A DNA stretch of 64,000 nucleotides, taken from positions 1,161 through 65,160 of the forward strand of contig JAJRWY010000312.1 in the NCBI GenBank assembly GCA_024276575.1, given 5' to 3'. The position numbers were made by a program, and so were the translations under genes. Below are positions 29,376 to 37,245 of the stretch, piece by piece (the stretch's first letter is position 1; the number at the start of each line of letters is the position of its first letter). Below the pieces are notes generated by a model, which was not told the DNA's origin, made no database searches, and saw nothing but the letters and a program-made list of their open reading frames with translations. Source of the DNA: Candidatus Binatota bacterium (GTDB lineage Bacteria; Desulfobacterota; Binatia; UBA1149; CAITLU01).

Positions 29376-29945
29376 GTGGAATCAGATGATGGGGAACTCG
29401 TCGGCCGCGCCAAGAACGGTGACCGGCAGGCCATGCAGCAGCTCATGGAGCGCTACCAAGGGCGTCTCACAGGTGTTGCCGTTGGTATGCTCAAGAATCC
29501 CGACGATGCCAGTGAGGTCGTTCAAGAGACCTTCATTCGTGTCTTTCGCAACCTCGCCGGTTTCAAAGGCGACTCTTCATTCTACACGTGGGTGTACAGG
29601 ATAGCCGTGAACTTGGCGATTGATTTCAAGCGCCGCCAAGCTAAGCGGCCGTTAGTTGAGTTCGATGAGAGTCTCCCCCCCAGCGAAGAGCCCATTGGTT
29701 CCGGGGCCCACGATCTCGGCGAAGATCCTTTCAAGCGTGTCAGGAATAGAGAGTTGGGCCGCAAGATTTTTCAGGCGATGGACGATTTGACCCCTGATCA
29801 CCGGGCGGTCATACTTTTGCGGGAGATCGACGGACTCTCTTACGAGGAAATCAGCAAGGTTCTCGACTGTTCGATGGGAACCGTGATGAGCCGCCTTCAT
29901 TACGCGCGCAAGAAGCTGCAGACGCGCTTGACGGAGTTATTGTGA
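29376..29945 (+). CDS. ECF-subfamily RNA polymerase sigma factor
   Basis: Sigma-70 region 2 (FYTWVYRIAVNLAIDFKRR) and region 4 (SYEEISKVLDCSMGTVMSRLHYARKKL). Confidence 0.88.
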   Translation: MESDDGELVGRAKNGDRQAMQQLMERYQGRLTGVAVGMLKNPDDASEVVQETFIRVFRNLAGFKGDSSFYTWVYRIAVNLAIDFKRRQAKRPLVEFDESLPPSEEPIGSGAHDLGEDPFKRVRNRELGRKIFQAMDDLTPDHRAVILLREIDGLSYEEISKVLDCSMGTVMSRLHYARKKLQTRLTELL

Positions 29946-30829
29946 AGGCTGTTATGAGTGAGTGCGACAAAGCTTCTGCCAACGTGATGAACTGCGCTGA
30001 GTTCAAGAAGAACTTCGATCTTTATGTAGACGATGAACTTGTCGTGACCGTTCGTGATGCGGCTGCCATGCACATTGCCTCGTGCCCGGCGTGTGAAGAG
30101 GCAGTGACCCGCTTCCAACAAAACCGCTGCATGTTGACGACGGCCGTAGCTGAACTAGCTGCGGCCGTTGACGTTTCCGGAATGTGGGAGAGAGTCGAGG
30201 CGGCTCTGGGAACGCCCGTGGCCGTAGCTGTGGAGCCGGTGCCGTCGCGGCCGCCGGCTTTCGCGAATCCGGCAGCGGGCGATATGGCGGATGCCGCGTC
30301 AAGCTCTTTGGGTAGGCGCTTGGCCGCCGCTTTCGGTTTGCGGCCGCTTGGTTATGTGTGGCGTCTGGGAACTGCTGCGAGTTTGTCGGCGGTGGCTGCG
30401 GCGATGTTGTTTTTGTTGTTTGCTGCGCCTGGTGTGGAAGTGGCCGACAACTCCGCTTCCCGATTGCAGGGTAGTTGGGGGGCACTGAGCCGCCTAGCCG
30501 CCAACTCAGATTTGCCCGTTAGCGGATCATCAAGATTTTCCTCGAGGTTTTCCCATGGCACCGGTTCGCACGTTAAGCGGGTCGCGTCCCGGCGAGTGAA
30601 GGCTGGCGGCTTTAGTGATTTTGGAGTGCCGGTTTCTTTGTCGTTGCCGTCTAAATTCTCGACGGCACTTGGTGCGCAAGCCGTGAGCCAGGCCGTTCGC
30701 GTGGATGCCATTGAGGCGGGTCCGGGCAGTTCGGTTTCCACATGGGAACTTCCGCGCAGCGGCGGCCGCGTGATATGGGTTTCCTCTACTGCCCGCACGG
30801 CGGCGTCCGCCGAAGCATTCGGTCGATGA
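29942..30829 (+). CDS. Zinc-binding anti-sigma factor (ZAS motif) with a TM segment and Ala/Ser-rich C-terminal region
   Basis: HIASCPACEE (HxxxCxxC) is present near the N-terminus. The gene overlaps the sigma-factor gene by 4 nt, and a central hydrophobic TM helix is present. Confidence 0.7.
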   Translation: MKAVMSECDKASANVMNCAEFKKNFDLYVDDELVVTVRDAAAMHIASCPACEEAVTRFQQNRCMLTTAVAELAAAVDVSGMWERVEAALGTPVAVAVEPVPSRPPAFANPAAGDMADAASSSLGRRLAAAFGLRPLGYVWRLGTAASLSAVAAAMLFLLFAAPGVEVADNSASRLQGSWGALSRLAANSDLPVSGSSRFSSRFSHGTGSHVKRVASRRVKAGGFSDFGVPVSLSLPSKFSTALGAQAVSQAVRVDAIEAGPGSSVSTWELPRSGGRVIWVSSTARTAASAEAFGR

Positions 30830-31392
30830 ACAAGCCTTTGCTCCGTGCCGTGGCTTCGGCGTTGCTGGCCTGTCTGGCTTCGTACCCGGCCAGTGTCACG
30901 GCAGAGGAGCGTGCTTCGGTTGCACAAAGTGCACAAAGAGTCGCACTTCGGGTGTCGATGGTAATGGCTTCCAACGAGTCGAGGTATTTCGACCCCCGGC
31001 TCAAAGATCTCCGTGCCCAGTTAAAGCCGCTTCCTTTCAAGAATTACCGCCTTTTGGGTGTTGAAACCCGAGACCTCAGTACCTGGGCCCAGTGCGGTTT
31101 CCGCATCCCCGGCGGCCGTTACTTGCACGTCACGACCCAGGAGCGAACCGCGGACCACATCAAGATGAGGGTACTGTTGAATGAACACAACCGCCCTTTG
31201 CTAAATGCCGATGTCAAGCTCGACCACGACTCTGTCATAGTGCTGGGCGGGCCGCAGGAAGAAGAGGGCACGTTGATCATAACCATACGTGCGGTTTCCG
31301 GCTTGATGGAGCACGCACAGCCGGCGGCGGTGCATGCCGGCGGCGATTTACTGGATAGCGTAGATTCAGCGCCAGACGAGGGGAGTGAGTAG
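30826..31392 (+). CDS. Hypothetical secreted protein
   Basis: Signal peptide MNKPLLRAVASALLACLASYPASVTA; the gene overlaps the anti-sigma stop (ATGA). Confidence 0.5.
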   Translation: MNKPLLRAVASALLACLASYPASVTAEERASVAQSAQRVALRVSMVMASNESRYFDPRLKDLRAQLKPLPFKNYRLLGVETRDLSTWAQCGFRIPGGRYLHVTTQERTADHIKMRVLLNEHNRPLLNADVKLDHDSVIVLGGPQEEEGTLIITIRAVSGLMEHAQPAAVHAGGDLLDSVDSAPDEGSE

Positions 31393-31397
31393 CGGCG

Positions 31398-31703
31398 ATG
31401 TGGCCTTTCGACAATAGCTTCTATGAGGAAATATCGGCTCGGTTCGAAACTCTGCTCAAGGACGGTGAGGACGCCGGAAATACCAATGATCTGTCGGCTT
31501 TGCTTGCTCCGGTGGATCCTTTCAACCGTTCACCCTTGTTTACACCGGTCGTGAAAGCTCTGGGCGTCGCTGCGTTGGTAGCAATGACCGGGCTTGCCGC
31601 AGCCGGTTTAGTCGTGGCCTTCGTTGCTTTCCTCGGTCTTTACTTCTTGCTTACCGAAGTATTCGGTTACGAGCTTTCTCTGGCACCGCTGCAACCGATG
31701 TAG
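31398..31703 (+). CDS. Small hypothetical membrane protein
   Basis: 101-aa ORF with a C-terminal hydrophobic helix, positioned 5 nt after the preceding gene. Confidence 0.4.
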   Translation: MWPFDNSFYEEISARFETLLKDGEDAGNTNDLSALLAPVDPFNRSPLFTPVVKALGVAALVAMTGLAAAGLVVAFVAFLGLYFLLTEVFGYELSLAPLQPM

Positions 31704-32332
31704 ATTGCGTCTTGCCGTACGGCGAGACCGAGTATTAGAGCACAGGCGACGGCTGCCGCATCGCATGCCGCCACCGCGTGCCGCCACTGGCGCAGGTGCT
31801 TGTCGTAGCCACCGGCCTGCCGGCTGCGGTCTGAATAACGCGCGGGGAAATCGAGACCGGATGGTCCGTGATCTTGCGTTCGACGGTGGCTTGGCAAGGC
31901 GCCGTAGTTACGACAATCGCTAAACAGATCAGGAAGCGGTGCCTGTGGATGCACTCCGCAAACGAAACCGCAACCACCGCCATCCGGCTCAAAAGTGTAC
32001 CATACAATCGGTACCGAAGTTTTGCGGGCATGTTCGATTTGGTTCAGATCCGAATGCTCGACTCCCGCTACTATGTAGCAGGCGATAGAAGTGGATGTTT
32101 GTGTAGCTTTGCGACCTCGTCCCCGGAGGCTTTCAATGCCTGGACCATCGCTGCGCGAGGATACGCTGACCCCCGCTGCTCTCAAGTAAAGGGATGCTTG
32201 TTCCACGCCGCGAGGGTGCCCGAGCAGTACCACTGTCGCCGCCAGTAACTTTCCCTGGCCTTCCGCACCGATGCCGGGGATGATGATCTGTCGCGCATAG
32301 CGTTCAATGCTCTCATCATCGAGAGTAGCCAT
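31667..32332 (-). CDS. Divergent E1-like (ThiF/MoeB N-terminal motif) protein with a degenerate nucleotide-binding loop; possibly a pseudogene
   Basis: N-terminus ERYARQIIIPGIGAEGQGKLLAATVVLLG matches the E1 first helix and beta-1, but GxGxxG is replaced by GHPRGV. The remainder resembles no known family. Confidence 0.35.
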   Translation of the reverse strand: MATLDDESIERYARQIIIPGIGAEGQGKLLAATVVLLGHPRGVEQASLYLRAAGVSVSSRSDGPGIESLRGRGRKATQTSTSIACYIVAGVEHSDLNQIEHARKTSVPIVWYTFEPDGGGCGFVCGVHPQAPLPDLFSDCRNYGALPSHRRTQDHGPSGLDFPARYSDRSRQAGGYDKHLRQWRHAVAACDAAAVACALILGLAVRQDAIYIGCSGARESS

Positions 32333-32359
32333 ATCGCTAGCGAGGTCGTAGAGCAGATC

Positions 32360-32599
32360 TCATTCTATGACGTTCTTCTCTATCGGCTCGACAGTGACGC
32401 CTTGCTCGGCGATCCATCGTACGGCCCGGTCAATCTCGTCTTGCTCACCTTCGAGTTCGAGAGCCATGATGCCCACATGCTCAGAAATCGAAGCACCGCG
32501 TATATTGGTGACCACGCGGAACTTGTGTCCGACGTGGTAAACGATCGGCTCCTTTATCTTCTCTTGGCTGTAGGTCAGGTAGAAACGTTGAAGTGTCAT
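32360..32599 (-). CDS. NIL-domain protein
   Basis: The 79-aa ORF matches the NIL domain pattern seen at the MetN C-terminus (VVTNIRGASISEHVGIMALELEG...VEPI); it overlaps the cysM-like stop by 4 nt. Confidence 0.6.
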   Translation of the reverse strand: MTLQRFYLTYSQEKIKEPIVYHVGHKFRVVTNIRGASISEHVGIMALELEGEQDEIDRAVRWIAEQGVTVEPIEKNVIE

Positions 32600-33579
32600 T
32601 GGTTCTCCTCCGCGGCGGCGAGTTCATGGCGGTCGCGCCAGCCGGTCCACAGATTCGTAGATAAGTAGCGGTCGCCAAAATCGGGTAGCACTACCACCAC
32701 GCACCCGGATTGCAACTCCGCAGCCACTTCCAGTGCTGCGACTACCGCGGCACCGGAGGACTGTCCGACCAGCAGACCTTCTTTGGCGGCCAACTCGTAA
32801 ACCATCTCGTAAGCGGCATCGGTAGCCACACCCACCTTGCGGTCGAAGCCGGATTCGTCGTAAATACCCGGCACGATCGAGCTGCCCATGTGCTTCAAGC
32901 CTTCTATCCCGTGGAAGGCGTCGTCGGGCTCCACGGCTATTATTTCGACCTCAGGCTTGCGCGATCTCAAGTAGCGGCCGCAGCCCATTACGGTTCCGCT
33001 GGTACCGATCGTGGCGAGAAAGTGAGAGACGCGGCCGGCAGTTTGCTCCCAGATCTCGGGTCCTGTGGTCAGGAAGTGGGCCTCCGGATTGGCCGGGTTG
33101 TAGTACTGGTCGGGTTTGAAGTACGCGTCGGGATCGGCGTCGAACATCTTTTTGGCCAAGACGATGGAGCCGTCGGACCCTTCCATCGGATCGGACTCGA
33201 CTATTTCGGCGCCGTAAGCCGCAATCACCCGCAATCGTTCGCGTGAGGCGTTGGCGGGTATCACTAATTTTACCGGATATCCCAGCGCAGCGCCGATCAT
33301 CGCCAGCGCGATGCCGGTGTTGCCGGAAGTAGAATCGAGAATGGTTTTGCCGGGGCGTAAGTGTCCGTCTTCCAATCCACGACGCACCATGTTCCAGGCC
33401 GGGCGGTCTTTGACCGAACCGCCGGGGTTGAAGCCCTCGACTTTGGCGTACACTTCTACACCGCCGGCCAAGTGCGGGGTTACACCTCGCAGTTGGAGCA
33501 ACGGTGTGTCGCCGATCAAGTCGAGTATGCCTGTGGCCTCCGCCTCATTAAGGGTCGGCTGTTGGCGAGTCCGGTGCAC
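32596..33579 (-). CDS. Cysteine synthase family PLP enzyme (CysM/CysK-like)
   Basis: PLP-lysine motif GGSVKDRPAWNMV, IGDTPLLQL substrate-loop region and GTGGT motif. The start is uncertain: GTG at 33579, or TTG at about 33519. Confidence 0.85.
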   Translation of the reverse strand: MHRTRQQPTLNEAEATGILDLIGDTPLLQLRGVTPHLAGGVEVYAKVEGFNPGGSVKDRPAWNMVRRGLEDGHLRPGKTILDSTSGNTGIALAMIGAALGYPVKLVIPANASRERLRVIAAYGAEIVESDPMEGSDGSIVLAKKMFDADPDAYFKPDQYYNPANPEAHFLTTGPEIWEQTAGRVSHFLATIGTSGTVMGCGRYLRSRKPEVEIIAVEPDDAFHGIEGLKHMGSSIVPGIYDESGFDRKVGVATDAAYEMVYELAAKEGLLVGQSSGAAVVAALEVAAELQSGCVVVVLPDFGDRYLSTNLWTGWRDRHELAAAEENQ

Positions 33580-33854
33580 GCGCCGCCGGCGATAGCGGGA
33601 ACGATGGAGATTTCGTCGCCGTCTTTGACGGCGGACTCCAGGTCATCAAGAAAGCGAATGTCATCGCCGTTCACGTAAACATTTACGAAACGCCGTACTG
33701 AACCGTCGCGTTCGCAGATGCGCTCCTTGAGGCCTGGATGGGCTGCCTCGACGCTGTCGAGAACCGCGGCCACGGTCGAGCCTTCTGCGTCGACGGCTTC
33801 GTTGCCGCCTGTAAACTTTCTCAGGGGTGTGGGGATTCTTACCCGGACTGCCAT
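33516..33854 (-). CDS. MoaD/ThiS/CysO-family sulfur-carrier protein with a 21-residue extension after the Gly-Gly
   Basis: Beta-grasp carrier sequence MAVRVRIPTPLRKF...GDEISIVPAIAGG, then ACTGLANSRPLMRRRPQAYST before the stop. A strong RBS (AGGAGG) lies 7 nt upstream of the ATG. The tool ORF has a spurious 77-aa leader. Confidence 0.75.
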   Translation of the reverse strand: MAVRVRIPTPLRKFTGGNEAVDAEGSTVAAVLDSVEAAHPGLKERICERDGSVRRFVNVYVNGDDIRFLDDLESAVKDGDEISIVPAIAGGACTGLANSRPLMRRRPQAYST

Positions 33855-33891
33855 GTTGTAGTTCCTCCTAAGTCGAATTCCGCCGATCCTA

Positions 33892-35184
33892 TCACGAACC
33901 GGTGGCCGGAGAAGCAATCGTGGAAGCCTGATCGCCGCCGGCTGTCTTGCCGGCTTCAAGACGCTCGTAAAGACGGTCGAATTCGTCGAGACGTGCTGCG
34001 ATATCGTGGGTGACCGGAACCGAATCACGAACCGCCTCGAGGGTCTTGTAGCCGTTGCCGGTAATAGAGATGACGATCGACTCATCTCGGGGTATGCGGC
34101 CTTGCTCTATGAGTTTCTTGGTAACCGCCACCGTGGTGCCCCCGGCCGGCTCGGTAAACACACCTTCCGTACGCGCCAGTAGTTTGATTGCTTCCACTAT
34201 TTCTTCGTCGCTAGCTGATTCACCCCATCCTCCGGAATCCCTGACCGCTCCGAGAACGTAATAGCCGTCGGCCGGGTTGCCGATCGCGATCGACTTGGCG
34301 ATGGTATGAGGCTTTACCGGTTCGATAAGGTCGGTTCCCCGGTGAAGGGCGTTGACGACCGGAGCGCAACCGGCGGCTTGCGCGGAGTATATCTTGAATC
34401 CGCTCTGCTCGACCAAGCCTACCCGCTGCAGCTCTTCAAAGGACTTGGCGACTTTGGGCAAGATGGTGCCGCCGGCGGTAGGAACGACGATGTGTTGGGG
34501 GAGCTTCCAGCCGAGTTGTTCGGCCACTTCGAATCCGTAAGTTTTGGCTCCTTCGGTGTAAAAAGGCCGCAGGTTGATGTTTGCGAAAGCCCAGCCGTAC
34601 TTGTCCGCGATCTCGGTGCACAGGCGGTTAACGTCGTCATAATTGCCGGAGATCGCGACCGGGACCGGGTTGTATATGGCCGATCCCACCACCTTGCCTT
34701 GTTCGAGGTTGTCGGGGATGAAGATGAAGCACCGCAGGCCGGCGCGTGCTGCATGGGCGGAAACGGAATTGGCTAGGTTGCCGGTAGAGGCGCATGCGAC
34801 GGTTTCGAAGCCGAACTCGACCGCTTTGGTCAGCGCGACCGAGACTACGCGGTCCTTGTAGGAGAAGGTCGGGTGGTTGACCGAATCGTCTTTTACGTAG
34901 AGTTCCGAGACGCCGAGCACTTCTGCCAAGCGATCGGCTTTGAGCAAGGGAGTAAAACCTGAATACAGGCCGATACGCGGCTCGGACTCCACCGGAAGCA
35001 ACTCGCGATATCTCCACAGGTTGGGTGGCCTCGCTTCAATGGTCTTGCGATCGACCGCAGCCGATATCTTGTCATAGTCGTATTCTACTTCGAGGGGGCC
35101 AAAGCAGTATTCACAGACGTGGTAGGGCTTGAGTTCGTAAGCCTCGCCACATTCACGGCACTTGAGGCCTTTTACAAAAGACAT
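33892..35184 (-). CDS. Threonine synthase family PLP enzyme with an N-terminal zinc ribbon
   Basis: CRECGE...CEYCFG zinc ribbon, PLP-lysine motif FSYKDR, RBS AAGGAGA; 431 aa counted from MSFVKGLKC. Confidence 0.85.
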   Translation of the reverse strand: MSFVKGLKCRECGEAYELKPYHVCEYCFGPLEVEYDYDKISAAVDRKTIEARPPNLWRYRELLPVESEPRIGLYSGFTPLLKADRLAEVLGVSELYVKDDSVNHPTFSYKDRVVSVALTKAVEFGFETVACASTGNLANSVSAHAARAGLRCFIFIPDNLEQGKVVGSAIYNPVPVAISGNYDDVNRLCTEIADKYGWAFANINLRPFYTEGAKTYGFEVAEQLGWKLPQHIVVPTAGGTILPKVAKSFEELQRVGLVEQSGFKIYSAQAAGCAPVVNALHRGTDLIEPVKPHTIAKSIAIGNPADGYYVLGAVRDSGGWGESASDEEIVEAIKLLARTEGVFTEPAGGTTVAVTKKLIEQGRIPRDESIVISITGNGYKTLEAVRDSVPVTHDIAARLDEFDRLYERLEAGKTAGGDQASTIASPATGS

Positions 35185-35198
35185 GGTAGTTATCTCCT

Positions 35199-35957
35199 TC
35201 AGCGGTCGATGCCGGGCGCTGCAGCGGCGGGCTCGTAACCGCGGGGTCGTGAACGGGTTTCCCCCGAGCGGGAGCATCGCGGGCAAGCGGGATCCCTGGG
35301 GAAATATACATGGCGCCAACGGCACCCTGACAATTCATAGATATTCATGCGGCCGGGACACAGGCTTTTGTCTCCACCAAGGTAACGAAGCGCGTCTTGC
35401 GCTTGTGCGGTTCCCACCAAGCCGGCCACTGGTGCGAGAATGCCCATAGCTGAACAGCCGCCGTCGGCTTCCTGCGGGTGGTCGTCGGGGAAAGCGCATG
35501 CGAGGCAGGCCGACACGCCCGGCACCACGGTCATCCATTGGCCGGTGGTTCTGATCACACCGCCGTAACAGAAAGCGGTGCCGGTCGAGACTGCAACGGC
35601 GTTTATCATGAATTTCGTGGCCGGGTCGTCACAAGCGTCGATCACGAAATCATGAGAGGAAACGAGGCTCTCGGCGTTGCCGGTGTTCAACGTATCTTCG
35701 ATGGGACGAATTTCAGTGGTAACAGGGCCGCCGGCGGATGCGGCTAGAGCCTTACGCGCGGCCTCGGCCTTGGGTGCTCCGACGTCGCTGTCGCCGAACA
35801 AGACCTGCCGCTGCAGGTTCGAAAGCTCGATGCGGTCGGGGTCGATAATCGTGAGTTTGGCAACTCCGGCGCCCACGAGCATGCGCGCGGCAGCGCAACC
35901 GAGGGCGCCGACGCCCACCAACAGAACCGAATCTTTTGTTTGCTGCTGCAAGTACAA
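35199..35957 (-). CDS. ThiF/MoeB-family E1-like adenylyltransferase; start codon uncertain and canonical N-terminal helix absent
   Basis: LLVGVGALGCAAARMLVGAGV...ELSNLQRQ and C-terminal CxxC pairs (CLAC, CPRC). The reading frame runs directly out of the riboswitch terminator U-tract. Confidence 0.8.
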   Translation of the reverse strand: MYLQQQTKDSVLLVGVGALGCAAARMLVGAGVAKLTIIDPDRIELSNLQRQVLFGDSDVGAPKAEAARKALAASAGGPVTTEIRPIEDTLNTGNAESLVSSHDFVIDACDDPATKFMINAVAVSTGTAFCYGGVIRTTGQWMTVVPGVSACLACAFPDDHPQEADGGCSAMGILAPVAGLVGTAQAQDALRYLGGDKSLCPGRMNIYELSGCRWRHVYFPRDPACPRCSRSGETRSRPRGYEPAAAAPGIDR

Positions 35958-35990
35958 AAAAACCTCTTCCAGGCGGGATAAGGAAGAGGT
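35954..35990 (-). terminator. Intrinsic terminator forming the riboswitch expression platform
   Basis: On the minus strand the sequence reads CCUCUUCC-UUAUCCCGCCU-GGAAGAGG-UUUUUUU: a perfect 8-bp stem followed by a U7 tract. The 5' arm can pair with the upstream AUAAGGAGAGG as an antiterminator. Confidence 0.7.
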
Positions 35991-36007
35991 ACTGGGTCGC
36001 GGCGACA

Positions 36008-36165
36008 GGCCTCTCCTTATCTTTCACCCTCTTTGCATTTGCGTGAACTCGATTACGCGCTCACCGCAACGCTAAGGTGCGGGACTTAGCACCTGCCGCC
36101 CGCTTGCGCAGGCCGGTTGCTGTGGCTTCACAGGGCCCATTCCCTCCGCCACTCTGAATAAGGAA
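36008..36165 (-). promoter_or_regulatory. SAM-I (S-box) riboswitch aptamer
   Basis: The minus-strand RNA reads UCCUUAUUCAGAGUGGCGGAGGGAAUGGGCCCUGUGAAGCCACAGCAACC...GGUGCUAAGUCCCGCACC...AUAAGGA. This matches the SAM-I consensus CUUAUCAAGAG-GGCGGAGGGA-UGGCCC-AUGAA-CC-GCAACC / GGUGCUAA-UCC-GCA, including the kink-turn and the J3/4 pseudoknot region. Confidence 0.8.
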
Positions 36166-36170
36166 CGGAA

Positions 36171-36200
36171 AGGGTAGCGGCACTAGGCCTCACTGTCAAA
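36171..36200 (-). promoter_or_regulatory. Putative sigma-70-type promoter driving the riboswitch
   Basis: On the minus strand, TTGACA is followed by 17 nt and then TACCCT, placed immediately 5' of the aptamer P1 helix. Confidence 0.45.
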
Positions 36201-36332
36201 AGCTTTCGCTGCGGTGCAGCATGAACGGCGCAAGTCTGGCGGCGGACGCGGGTTCCATCTGACGATGTTTCTACATACTGTTGCCGTGCGTGGGTGTGAA
36301 TCGTCGGCAGTCCCGGTGTAGTAGAGCCGGAT

Positions 36333-37067
36333 ATGTCGCGTCGTGTAGAGTTACAGGGGCTTCGCAATTTTCGAGATCTGGGTGGGTTTAACACCCACGA
36401 CGGGCGCCGTACGGCTACCGGGCGCTTGTTTCGCTCCGACGGCTTGCACCGTGTCAGCGCCGCCGACCTTCGCTTACTCGAAGCGATGTCGATACGCAGG
36501 GTCTACGACCTGCGTAGCCAGATCGAGTTGGATAATGACGGAGTCGGGCCGTTTGCAGGGGCCGCCGGACGGCACCGGCATATGCCTCTTATCAAGGTCA
36601 GTTTGAACCCTTACGATCCCGATCTCGATTGGAAAACGATGGACTTGCGCAACCGCTACTACGAAATGCTGTGCGAAGGCGCTGCAACTATAGCCGCCAT
36701 ACTCGGTGAACTGTCGGTGGCCGGTTGCGAGCCTGCGGTTTTTCACTGCAGTGGGGGCAAGGATCGCACGGGAGTGCTCGCTGCGGTTATTCTGCGGAGT
36801 TTAGGGGTAGCCGATGATGATATCGTAGCCGACTATGCTCTGTCGGAACGCTATCTCTCGCCGGTGGTCGAGCGCTACCGGGAGGCTATGGAGGCCGGAG
36901 GTATAGACGAAGAGACGGTTTCGTATCTTATCTCGAGTCCGCCCGAGCGAATGATTCATACCCTGAACAAGATGGACGAGTGTTGGGGCGGGATCCGCGG
37001 TTACTTGGATGCGATTGGGGTGAGCGAACGACAGGTCCGCGGTCTCGAGCGCAATCTGTTGATATGA
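36333..37067 (+). CDS. Protein-tyrosine phosphatase family protein (Y_phosphatase3-like)
   Basis: CX5R catalytic loop HCSGGKDRTG and an N-terminal LRNFRDLGG motif. Confidence 0.75.
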   Translation: MSRRVELQGLRNFRDLGGFNTHDGRRTATGRLFRSDGLHRVSAADLRLLEAMSIRRVYDLRSQIELDNDGVGPFAGAAGRHRHMPLIKVSLNPYDPDLDWKTMDLRNRYYEMLCEGAATIAAILGELSVAGCEPAVFHCSGGKDRTGVLAAVILRSLGVADDDIVADYALSERYLSPVVERYREAMEAGGIDEETVSYLISSPPERMIHTLNKMDECWGGIRGYLDAIGVSERQVRGLERNLLI

Positions 37068-37245
37068 TGTTGATCTGAACCGGCTCGAACTGCCGGTCGC
37101 GGGGACTCTGGCCCGGCTCCAGAAGGGCGGGGAGTCGTTGCAACCGCCCCCCTTCTGCACTGTCCATGTCGACTCGACTCAGCCAGCGCCTCCCGGCACT
37201 TTCGACGGGGCCTCGGGCCTTCAGTGACTGGCTGCGCCGCAGGGG

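Noticed and set aside
35752-36027. A 91-aa ORF upstream of the ThiF-like gene, and the idea that the A7/T7 homopolymer at 35954-35960 is a frameshift joining it to ThiF
   Set aside because: The ORF is read through the SAM-I aptamer 3' end and the terminator hairpin (LFLIPPGRG is just the translated stem-loop). The homopolymer is the terminator U-tract, not a coding slip site.
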